Assembly: GCA_977030845.1 (NCBI GenBank) | Contig: OZ365114.1 | Coordinates: 14,818,001 to 14,882,000, forward strand | Reading direction: 5' to 3' | Length of the DNA: 64,000 nt | DNA from: Fimbriosthenelais zetlandica | Taxonomy: Eukaryota | Part shown: positions 38,301-51,000 of the stretch, piece after piece | Position numbering within the stretch: the first letter of the stretch is position 1 | Layout of the letters: each line of letters opens with the position of its first letter | The notes under the pieces: generated by a model | The model's input: the letters and a program-made list of their open reading frames with translations, nothing else | Told to the model about the DNA's origin: nothing | Databases searched by the model: none | Program-made: the position numbers and the translations under genes

Positions 38301-41300
38301 TGTAGTCTGAGAGGGAGTATTTAGAACATATCCCACACCATTTAAATGGGAAGTAGCCTGGGGCGATGGACATATGTTCTTGAATGGCAACCTTTCATGG
38401 GATTAGACTTGTCACGAGTATAGTCGATCAGTCACTATAAAATGATACCCCCTTGAAAGGAAGCAGAGCCCGTCTAATACTCACAATGACAGGACATCTA
38501 CTGAACTGGATAGTCCTTCTTTTATATCAATGGATATAGTCCATGTTCCTGATAAGATCTCACAAAGTGTGTTTCTTTTAGAAACCATTTTAAATGTCCA
38601 TCGAAAGTTGTTTTCAAATAGTAAAGGCCATTGGTCTAAAATAAAAGTGTTGCTTTAGTTTTCAGAAAGATAACTTATTTTTTAGTACTCAAGATATTCT
38701 GTTTGTTGTCAGTATCAGTTGTTGGTAAAAATAGTTTGCTTTGTAAAATCCCATTTGCTCATTCCTTGTTCGGTTTTTTCCCCACGTTTTTCAATTTCCT
38801 TTCCCAAAGAGGTGTATGGAAAGAGATCTACCCTGGCTATTTCACCAATCAACCTGATGCCAAAGAACGCATGCATATTTTACATTTGCCATTTCTGGTG
38901 TCGTTGCCCTACCAGTGAGGACACCTGTACAGGAAAGGACATTGGACTGGGGCAGGCCATCATGATGAAGCAGCTCCGGCTCAAGTGTGCTGTATGTGGC
39001 ATACATAGGACATTGAACCGATAGAGCACCACGTTTATTCAGGTCTTGTTATCACAGGAGATAACTAGTCCATGCCTGATATGCTTGTCCTTGCCAGACT
39101 TTTCCATTGTCAGTGACAGTGACTGTCATGCCCTCTAGTGTCTGTAATGCGAGGCTCCATGCCTGACCTGTCAGTAGCAATCCACGACAAGCTCACCATT
39201 GTGATTGATCAGTTCGCAAAGCATGATGGGACACTAGCGAGCCTCACTTTAGATTCAGCTCAGATCACGTGTGCCATTAGGGGAATAGGTCTTCGCGCTG
39301 AAGGCGTAAGCACTGGTCGTCACGATAAGCCTACGGAAAAGGGTGTGTTATTTTGCCATTTTCTGGTTGGGTTTAAGGTGGGCCGAGGACAATGAGGCTG
39401 TGGTGGACGTGAGATGAATGGAACAGTGTGGAAAGCCACATTATTTATTTATGACTTCATAAACAAAATGCCCTTATGATCTTGAGTACTCATAGACTGT
39501 ATCCAGATTGATCTGCAAGCGTTATTCACATGGAAGAAAACCTATAAACCCACAAAGACAGTGACCGATAGGACAACAGACAAAATTGTCACACTTCTGT
39601 GCCGTATGCATGTGTTAGCTCGCGTTTTGTGATTGACATGAAAATGATTCCATTATGTGAACGGGTTGTTCCTGGAATGTCATTAATACAAAATGAAGAT
39701 TTCCAAGGTAGTCCCTAATTGCAATTATTCACAAGCTGGAACAAATTATAAACATCACACGACAAACCCTGAACCTAATAGCAGCAATGATACAAATATT
39801 TTTCTAGCGAGCTGCTTATATAAACGAGACACATTCATTTCTTGCCTTAAATTACGTTGATTCAAAAATGGAAGGAAAACGTATTAGCACAAGATGGTAC
39901 AGACTTCTCTTTCGGTTCTCATTCATTGAAAACACCGTTTACCCATTGCCATAGTGATTTCCTATAGGTCCTGATTCATCAGGTGCTTGAGAGTATTACC
40001 AGATAATAGGTGGGCGCCAATGCGGAGGGGATGTAGAGGCCGTGAACGGTAATGGAAATGTATCTGTGTGAAAGCTGGCCGGGGATTGAGCCTGTATAAT
40101 TAAACTAGTTTTTTATGCCCATTGCACAAGACAAAGCGAGAACCTGCACCTGGTTGGCTGCCCGTTTTCCAGAGACATCGTTACCAGAGACAATCCCCCA
40201 CCCTACTGCTTGATGTTTTACACAGCATATTCAATCAACTTGTCCTTGAAAGGCTTGAGTGATTTATGTCCTAAGTGTTCCAGTATAAGGACGAACAGGG
40301 AATTATAGATTTATAATTGTCTTTCTGAGTCTATTCCCCAGCAAGACAAAACTGCTCAGGAGTTTTGACCCTTTTCCATCCAAGAAAACAAAGTTTAAAT
40401 TCCATGTCCATATTCTTTCCTCAGAATGTCTCTCTAAAGTCACTTATGTTCTTTTTGAGACTATACTATCTTGAAAAGACGTAATGTAGCCTTCATAACC
40501 TGGGGCGATTGCTCGATTTGAGCCAGATGATATTGGTACAAATTGGTCTGCGATTGATGGGAATTGAAATTCTATTGGTGGCAAATTAGCCGTATAGCTG
40601 AAAGTAGTATAGCCTCAGGCTAGGAGATACATAGAATATATATCAAGCCTGATACTCCTACTTTACTCTTCCCATGAACTTCTGGCTTGAGGCTATCATT
40701 TACATTTCAATGAGTGGATTCTGCTCTGTATTTATTCTCAGTAGTTTCACATCTTAGGAGGTCCAGGAGCTAATATCTATAGATGAATATGAGTTGTTAA
40801 TATTGAACTTACTAATGTTCCTGATATAATATTCTGTAACGGGCCCTGGCAGCTGGCATAAGGGCGTAAAAACCTCTAATTTACTTTGTAAAGGAGTTCT
40901 CATTCTATCTTGTCTCATCTTACCATCCTGGATAATTTTCTGGGAAAAGCCTGACCTTACGGTTTCCTCCTTTCCCCACTGTCTGTGCCCAAGACATCCT
41001 ATATATATATATTCCTTTTTTCGGGTGTTCAAACAAGGTAACGAGTAAAGAACTTGTTACAGCCTGATTCATATCTCACAGGTCTAGTGTCATATTTCTC
41101 TGAGAAATGGCGCCTCGGTGAAAGAACAATGGGCTCTTCTCCTTTCAACTCTTTGACCTTGAGGATATATCGCGCCTCACAGATAGCGACAGTCATTGGA
41201 CAGGCTTGCACCATTTGTCATGTACAATAGTCTCATGCACAGGATTTAACCTGTCCAAGCGTCTCTCTCCTTCCCCAGCTTAGCCTGCTTGCCTGAAAGA

Positions 41301-44300
41301 ACTGGCTTTCCTGCCTTAGCAATCTTTCATTTCCATGTTCGCCTGGGGATATTGTGTTAAGTGTGTGAGTAATTTTGATGAAAGTGCCGGCTTGGCTACG
41401 TGAATGATACTGAAATGGAAGTTTTTCAAAAAGAAATATGTGACCATAGTCTTATATGTTTTACCTGCTAGAAAATCACACTAATGTGTATTAGTTTTAT
41501 GCTTTCTCACAAGGACAACATAATGAAATCATGTTTGTCTGGGGAAATTTAGGTGACGAACAATTGGCTGTTGAGTCAGAATGGAAGGTGGGAATGACAG
41601 TGAGAATCTCTTATATGAGATGACATGAGATCTCGGGATTGAAATGGATCGGAGGCGAGTTTTCTGTACTCCCATTCACCAAAATACAAGCTCCCAGCCC
41701 GCAGTGCTCCATCCCACCTTCACCAAATGTCAAGATATGGGAATGAGCCCTCTTCACCTGTTTTAAAACTCGATTTTCTTCTGTCTCTAAGCTATTCATA
41801 TCTGCATAATAACTCGGGGAGATGGAAGAGACCAGACAGGCAGCCAGTGAGTTGATAGTATGGGAAGTTGCAGCCATCTATCATGCAGGTTCCGACATGA
41901 ATTATGAAGCTTTCCACTGCAGTTGCATCCCAATTTCCGGAGTCGCCTTAAAGAAAGTGAGAGCGAAACGGGTCTTCAAAAAGATAGTCTTTCACCACGC
42001 TTGCTTGAATGGGATTTTGGTTTCAATTCATTTTGGGCCAGCTAGTACACAGCTTTAGCATCTGTCAGTTTTGTATTATAGTTTTATTTTGAGATGTAAT
42101 TTACTCTTATATAAAGTGTTAGTATGGTGTTTACGTGTGCAATCACCTAAAAAAATCAGACCTCACTTTGTATTTCTATGATACATACTTTTTTGTTATT
42201 TGGCAAATTCAAATAGGCTATCCGTTCTACTGTAAACACCAGTATGCCCCTTATTGTCGCCGAGAACAGTGGGAGTTCTTTTACTACAAACTTTTTCCAA
42301 TATCTCATCTATTTTCCATTATACACAAGAAATGAGTGCCCGAGGAACAACAGTGGCACTATATAGGAAATGTCTCTAACAAATGAGGAAAGTATGAAGG
42401 GCTCTTTTATTATTTAAGCCCTAATAAACTCTAAGCGAATGGTCAAATCCTCAAAGGGATGCCTTATTTGAACGGGGAAGTCTTGCACGGAATTGAATGT
42501 CGACCTCTCTTTGTCATGCATACTGTATCAACCTGGCGACAGGGAAAAATGACACTTCCCAAGACTGTCCCATGCAAGACAAATTGGCCAGGTTTATATT
42601 GGAATTGACTGAGCTTACCTGATGGGGAAAGATAGAAACTTATTTATAATTTGCACAGAGCTTTGCCATTATATAAACGCATTTACTATTATCACAATAA
42701 TTATGTGATAATACTTGTATGCTATACAATGTAGATGACCTCTTCTTGTTAGCTGAAATTATGATATGAAGCCAAAACACGCATATAATATATGCATCCT
42801 CAGTGCCTTGAACTTCCAAACCAACTACATTTCCTCGAAGGAGGGCAACATTTTTTTTCAAGCCAATGGACATTTTCCAACCCAAATATTTTCTTTCTGA
42901 GCTAGCTAATTGCATCCGCTCCATCCTTACCACACACAAGGGATCGGCCCGGACAGTGTACAACAATTGAATTTTCTCCTGGCCTCCTCTTAAATACTTG
43001 GCACTCACTGTTTATGATCCTTCTGGCGTTTGTTGTAATTTGTTCGCCGGCCACAGTGGGACAGTGTACCCCAGCAGGACTGGAGGCTTGTTTGTCAGGG
43101 GGAAGTATTGCCCCATGGAAAGGATCTGCTCAGTTTGACCTACTTCTGGTTATCGGATGAGCAGATAGGGGTCCCCGCTTTACTCTGCCTCCTGTATTAT
43201 CATAGAGAATACATGACCTATAGTGTCAGCAATCATCACATTAGTCTGTGTATTATGTATGATGCTCGGTGGTCCATCGTTAAGCAAAATGTGCCACACC
43301 AGGGATTGCAGAAGTAAAGTGAAGTGATGAATTTGCCTCAATAATTCAACCCAAGTGCATTGCTCTAACAATTGTTTGCCAAACTTTGTGCAGTGATCTT
43401 TCAAGAACTACACTCGGCAACTAATATGATAAGGAAAATTTCAGCACTATTTGTACTCAAATAGATTTTTCACATTCTCCATAATTTGTATGTAGTAAGT
43501 TGTAAAGTGTTGTATATTTTCAAGGTCCATCGAATTGAAAAAATTCCAACTTGAAACTAAGATCAGTTTTTCTCATGTCTTCATGTCCTCATAATATCGG
43601 GTCCCTCTGAACAAAGCTCTGAGTTGACTTTAGCCTTAGGCTTTTACGTGCTAACAAGCATCCTCAGGGAGGCACCATTCAATATTTGACACTCCTTAAT
43701 ATCGCCGCACTATGGCCACCACCACTCGGAGGGAAACATTACTTGATGCACTGAATTAAGCATGTGGACTGAGTGACCGATATCCGATATGAAACAGTAT
43801 GTCACTAACTGAAATTGATAATATTTATTCCCCAAAGCCTGCCCATCATATGGGTTTCCCCTGCTGGGTCATACCACAGATGAATTATAAATGAATCCGC
43901 TGTGTGGTGCTACAATAGTATCATACCGTAATGTTGCATATCAATGGCGCGGGTGGCACATTGTAACGTTACACCGCGAAGTGGAGCACCTCCACCAGGC
44001 CAAACAACCAACCAATTTGTAATTACTTGCACATCAAGCGAAAAAAATCACCCTGACGTGCCCATTAAGAAATTGGATAATGTTTTCTTGTTCCAAAATG
44101 CACTCCCGACACGCCCACCCCCTGCCTCTTTTTTAGTCGCCTGAAAAAATAGGGGCAACGATCAAGGGTTCTGATTGGCGCCTCCTATTTTCAGATGCAA
44201 CCCAAGATGAACTATATGATACTAATATATACTACCCTTCGGTGTCTGGGTCACTGTTGTATATATATCCGAATCGGCTTGGATATCAGTTGAGTGTGTC

Positions 44301-44990
44301 CTCTTTTCATGAATACAATTTTGTTACATTGTGCCACTCTTGCGTGGGTCCTGTAACAACAGCGCAAATCATCATGCTCCTAAACGGACATGATTCATGA
44401 ATGAATTATCAGCGCTGTGGCCCATAGAAAAATGGTTGCCACAAATCCAATTAAATCACGATGATGGAATACTGATTGTGAAGGGGTTTCTTTCGCATTA
44501 TTATTCCTCATCCCTGCTTCTCAGAGATTTACACCCTGAATACACCTGATGAAGACCTCTATCAAAATCAAAGCAGCACAGATGAAATACTTCCTATTGG
44601 AATATATTTAGGTGCAAACTATCTTTATTTGTTGTCCTAGTAACTATTCAGTTCGTTAGATATAAATCTTACAATTCCACAGGGAAAACTCCTTGGAGCC
44701 AAGGTGAATCTGATATCGGAAAATCCATTTAAATGGGAAGGAATAAGAAGACATATTTGCTCCTGTGAAGAATACGGCATCTCATCTAACAAATCTTGAT
44801 GTATCGGTGGACATACCCATGTACCCTTGTTAATCTAAATGGACAGGGGACCCCTCTGTCCATATTTCACGCGAGGTCTCCAGAGATCCTGACCCGTCTG
44901 TAATGGACCCGAGAGGAAACAACTGGAGGCTCTGACACAATGTTTTTACCTCCCCACCCCACCCACCTCTCTTCTCTCTTCTCTTCTCTC

Positions 44991-45043
<53 letters not shown>

Positions 45044-48000
45044 AACCCCCAAATCTGGGTCAGTCTCAGCGTTGGCATGTCCCTTGCGATATTGATCAGA
45101 ATTAACATGGCTTTCGGCTAAAGATTTCCTTCCAGTGACACCAGCCAAGACTCCGGTTGGTTCTGCTAAAGCGTCAAATTATCGACAGACATTGTGCCCT
45201 CAGGAGAGTATGGATTTTTGTTCAACTTCCAAACTGAAGACCTCTTCTGATTAATTGCGCCCAACACTTGAATCACTGGCACATTGTATGGAGAGAATTT
45301 CACGGATTCACTCCTCCTGTTGAAAAAGTCATGAAATAACTTGTGTTTGTATAATGATTGTTTGGAATGGATGTGCACTATCCGCCCACCAACTGCTTGA
45401 AAATAGAATCGGCTGCAGTCTTTGGGAGTTGTGAAAATGCTTTTGGATTTGTGTTGATTTTTAATTCAAAACCCCATTCAGCTGAGTTAATACAGTTTTA
45501 ATTTGTATCGGGGTAATGGAATCCGCAGATGGCGTAGGCTTTTCGTTGCTTATTTGTGATGCACCAATCATTTTTTAGCAAATCAATCACATTCAATTTT
45601 GGAAAATGAATGCTTAAAAATAGAATTAGCTGGGCAAATCGGCTCTTGCATCTAACACGCACAAAAATAGAAGTGTTGAAATATTTCTGAGTCAACCGAC
45701 TGCTTCTTAAACACTCTTAACGGAGATAATTTGGGCGGCCTTGAATTAGATATGATTACCAAGTGCAATCCAGATTAAGCATATTATGGTTACTTTCACA
45801 ATGCAACTCTATGACAGAGCCTTGGGCAGAGAGGATGCCAATTATAGTCCATACATTTACGCAGGCATCTGTTGATTTAGCCAAGTAGCATTAGCATCTG
45901 AAGCCATATTGATTATCCCTTGTTGGTTCCAAACAATCAACATGGGGTTTTCTTATAATACTCTACCGAGACAGTTCTGACTTGTAGCTAGGAGGCAAAT
46001 TAGGAATTAACAAAAGCAGGCACGATGGTTCTTCCCTCAGGCAAGACCCGCCTGGGTGAGTGCACACAGGGGCCGTTCAATATAAGTCAAAGCTTCTACT
46101 ATGCCGCTGTTCGTTGCCACTATCATTACATATAAATCATCTTGAAAGGAGGGAATAAACTGGTCCCGGGAAGCACTATAGGTCTGCATGCCTCCCTGAT
46201 GTTAGTATTGAAACTCACAGACTACTCTAAGCATTCTGATGAATGGCTCTTCCGGATGCCATCCTTTGGGAGCCTTGTCTGCGGGCTAAGCAACTCAGTG
46301 TCTCTGTATGAGTGGTCTAGGAACAGGCATTGTTTATCCCTAATGAACATCGGCATGAAACTCCCCTGGGAAAAATATACTTCCTACAAAAAATCTATCC
46401 ACTTACAAACACCTTGTATAGCAGAGACATTCCCCGAGGCCCAATGTCCACTAAACCGTTTTTTTCACTATAGAGCCAATCCTAATACAATGCTGTGACA
46501 CAGTGTTTTGCAGCAGTATCGTGTCGCAATAAAAAGTGATAACATAACTAATGGTAATACTTTTATTGTCTTCCCTAGAATCACTGTCTCAAAGTATCTA
46601 GTTGACTGCAGAGCCGTGACACCCACAACAGTGAGGTCTCCTCACTTTCACTTTTATTATTCCTAGCCTCTAGACTTCCTTGGTTCGCTTACGCCCATCT
46701 ATTGATGTAATATGCAATGGATTTCTGTTTATCATCCATCAACATGTTCAATATTCTGCGTACCATATTTTAGGAGCATGTTAATCCATTCCATAATCAG
46801 TGTTTGCAACCATTCCTATCGGGTAGACCATTCATACGCTTGGTTGGTGGCAAATCCCAATGCCATGCCAGAATAATCAGGTCAGGATGAGTCCTCCCAT
46901 CATCTCCCTTTTTTCATTCTCCTCGTGCACGTCCCTGCTTGTCTCCCTCTTTTTTTACTTTCTCCCTCAGCAGTCACCTATAACTTCATACTTCCCTGGT
47001 GATGAGGGAGGGCCGACAGATTCATGCTGATTTACACCAACATATAAGTTATATAGTCATCAAGAGTATGGCTGTTTGCACAGTCTGTAGGTCTGTTCAA
47101 CAGTACACCCATCAGGGAACATCCTGCTATGTGTTATCTCCTACTATAGTTGGGGTTTTTATCGCTCTTTCCCCAACATACCCAATAATTGCCACTAGTA
47201 TGCTAAAAAAATCTCCCCATCGCCTGCTATGACAGGCTCCTAGCTATAAATTATGCCATGAAAAGGGTGTGTGCTCAAGTATGTCCAGAGATTTTTCTAA
47301 CTCTTGTTTTTTTTCACTTTTGCAGGGCTCAGTTGAATTCATTGAGTCGGAGAATTTCCACATTGAAGTAGACATAACGGCCCCATCCGTTGATGAACTA
47401 GCACTTGTTCAACACAATTACACGGACTACAAAGGATCTGTTCTTTTACAAATGGTATGTATTCATCATGTTTTTAACGCAATAATTAACCATTAAACCT
47501 ACTTCGATGGTACGGAATAGATTGTGATGTCTAAAAAGGCAGATTCTTCATTTGTTAAAAAAAATGGTAGCTTTTTTGAGTTAGTATTGTTTGAAAAAAT
47601 ATCCTACTCATTTGAATTCCTTTTCATCTACGCCTCATCTTGCATTAAATCAATTGTATTCCTAATTGCAGTGTTCAAAATGCAAATGCAAAATATGTCA
47701 ATGTTTTCTTAATTTGCCTATGCAAATTCTCCATACTTAGATGGAATCAATAATGCCAGCCTCAGCTTTGATTCACCATGCAAATTGGTTCATTTCTTTA
47801 TACTACTTGGCTAGGCCATGTTTTTGTTCCACATTTTACTGCACTACTTGAAAGACGAAGAAGGTTGCACAATACAAAAGCCCACATTGCTACATGGACT
47901 TTAGGAAGGAACCTGGAACATCCATTATAGTTAGACTAAAAATTTCTACTGAGCAACGAAGATATTTAATGATATATACGCCTCATGATACTCTATACAT

Positions 48001-51000
48001 GTATTTCCACTATGAAGGTTCACTACCTTAGATCATTCTTAGTGGTGAGACATTTTCTTGCGGCATAAGAAAATCCATTTGCTTAGACAAATATCTTAGC
48101 AAAGAGCTGAAAAGTCACATTCTACCATGGTCTTGGTGCTTGATGCATGTTCATGTCAACACAACCCTTATTATAATCCCGTAAAGCAACCACCCACCGC
48201 TCTTACCTACTTGACTCGCACGCCTGGCGGAAATATTCCAGGACACAAGACCAAAGATGCCCGCTCTTATACTCTGGGGAGCAATGGCTTACAATTCATC
48301 TACTTGTTTCATGTCTGCTTTATTGGTGAGACTGATAGTGGCTCAAGACCATATGGTGTTCTGTATAATATCTCTGTACAGTGTGCACGTGCCACAGTGA
48401 CAGTGCCTTTGGTATTCTTGTTTCTCTTAATTCTCATTTCTCGGCAGTCAGGAGTCCACTATCTTTAGCAGGTTGGGGTTTTCTTCCTCGTGTTTTTGAT
48501 ATATTCCTGTGCCTTTGATATATCATTATTAGACAGTTTAACTCCGGAAGGATGCCTGTTGAAAGTCTGTTAGTAGTTGGTGTAATTTCGTTGGACTCAC
48601 ATTTATATAAAAGAAATCAGCTTGAGTATTATTAACATTCCTCGTCTCAGTCATCGCTTATAGAACCTTCCATATGCAGCATATTGATGTCGGTTAAGTT
48701 GCTGTCCTCTCTTATGCTAAGTAACCAAGGTCATCAAATCTCTGCAGCGGTGAGAACTCAGGAAGAGGAAAATCTTCACCATCAGACGCACCTCTTCCTT
48801 TCTGTCCCTCACACCCTCATCACAGCTCCTGGAATCTAACAAACCCCGCTCAGTCCCTCCGTCTTCTACCTGATCGCCTCCCTAGCCTGGTCTAATCGAT
48901 GCGTTAAGTCTGCTGGAATCTAACATAGCCTCACCCATCACGACTCTCTTACTGATTCTCCTTCTACATCCAACCTTTTTTTATCCTCGCACCCCCGCCC
49001 CCCTTCAACTTGACAACGGTTCCCCCTACTTTAACTTAGTTCTGTACGAATGCACATATTACTAGCTCACATGCTTGGTTCACCCGTAAATGTAAGAAGG
49101 AATACAGTGCAATTTTATATTGCTCGGAATGAACCTTCAGCGAACCTGATTCTCACAAGCTATAACCCATTTTTATTAGGTGGATATCGCTGTGCGAATA
49201 TCGATTTACTTCATAATGTTTCTCTAAAGATGTTTTATGTTAACTTTTGGTTCCTGCTTGGCTCGTATATGTGCTAAACATATGTATGTATTTCGGGTGA
49301 ATGGAGGTCGTATTTTATTGTTGTAGCAAGAGACACCTCAATCCAAATGAAGGACACTGCTTCTATGTTTGGCACATCCTTTAATTAAAGGCTGCAGGAA
49401 TTTCCGGCCATTTCCGGCCACCTTCTCGAAAACCCATTATATTGTGCCTACGTTTGTTATGAACATTTGAACAGTGAATGTCCGAAATATGTTGGAAGGA
49501 TACAAAAGACCTTTTGAAGGCTTGTATAAGGCTTGCGTTGTTAATTCTGCCCTATAAAGATGATGTTGTGATCTCTGCTGAAAGCACCGAGAGAGGGGAT
49601 CAGTCTTCAACTCCCTGGTTTCACCATGAAAAGGCTTCCATCAAAACACGTGAATACCCCCATTAAACGCCTGTTGTATGTTCATCAGTCTTAACACGTT
49701 TTCCTTTGACTTAATGGGGATATATGGAAGCTTCCTAATACGGTCTTGAAGAAAATATTGGTTTCTTGTCCAATATGGTTCACGTTTGGAACTTCAGTCG
49801 GTTATTCTGCATCGACTCAGTTATAAAAATACTCATTTAATTAAAAGTGTCACCCATGACTTTTAAGTGACTGAAATATCCATAAATCGGTCCAATTTAC
49901 TCCCTTGATTTTCTTTGTACGGGACAAGGTATGCTCTCTCTGGCTTCCTTCAAGTTGTCTTGGTGACTGCTGTGTTTCTAAAAGACAAGACATGGTGAAA
50001 TTTCTTGAGGGATGCTTCATGATTCATGCTAATGATTGCACCACTGGGCCATTAGAAGGTGGAAGGATGGGGGGATAAAGAGGTTAAATGACACATTTGT
50101 TTTCTGAGGTTCGGCTAAGTGTCAGTTTAGCACCTTGCTACGTCGCATCGTTCCATGCACCCCACATTAGGGACAGAGTCTATGGATCTCTCAATACTTA
50201 CAGCCTTGTTCATCTTTCACCGCGCCCAGCCTTTCACCATCGTGCTTTAGCCATTAGCTCCCAGGGGGCCTCGCTAGAGATTTTGATGAGTCACATGACC
50301 CATGGAATTGTCCTAGATGACACATTTTATAAACCCGGTCTTCTTAACGCTACACTGCCTTCATTCTCTGCTGAAGAAAAGCCAAGGAAGTCAAACTGAA
50401 GTGACGCATTTTTATTGAGAAGGAAAGAAGAGAGAAGAGCACCCAATCAGGTCATGTACTGAGTCTGACCACCTGATTGTGCAGGATGGTGCTCCTAGGC
50501 TTTTACTCAGAATTCTAACAACCATTTAAGGGGTAAAAGGTCATTGTAATCTTTAATCATTGGTTCTGTAAGGTGGAATTCTGAGCTACAAACATGCTTG
50601 TGTTCAAAGGTTAGGCCCTCACAAAAGCTTGCCATGCAATACACCTGATTGTTGTGCAACGCTTACAGGCCTAATAAAAGTTGACAGAAGAAATGCCATC
50701 TCCTTGAGGATATGATTACATTCGGTAATGTGTCCTCTTGATTATGCATCATCATTGAGTTGGTTCACGCCTTGGTGTGAAGCCATCTGTAGCTGAGGCC
50801 CTGATAGAAAAAATGATATCCGATCTCGTATTCCCTTGAGAGACCGTGCAAGACATCAGCCGCTGGCTTTTGACCTGCACATTTTCCCTGTCATACCTGC
50901 AATGCATTATGTTGTCAAGGAGACGGGGGAAATCACATGACATGTGGACGAGAATTTGCGGGGTTCCGGGAGAACAGGAAATATAAATTGATCCTTCGTC

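Larger units (their letters stand above)
12529..47325 (+). other. 34.8-kb intron 2 of the ASTN-like gene
   Basis: GTAAGT...TTGCAG. The flanking exons join in phase 0 and the joined peptide (RSTFK/GSVEF) aligns without a gap to the recalled ASTN N-terminal domain. Hidden cassette exons are not excluded. Confidence 0.7.

Noticed and set aside
44830-45148. ERERER / RERERE ORFs
   Set aside because: Translation of the (CT)n microsatellite.
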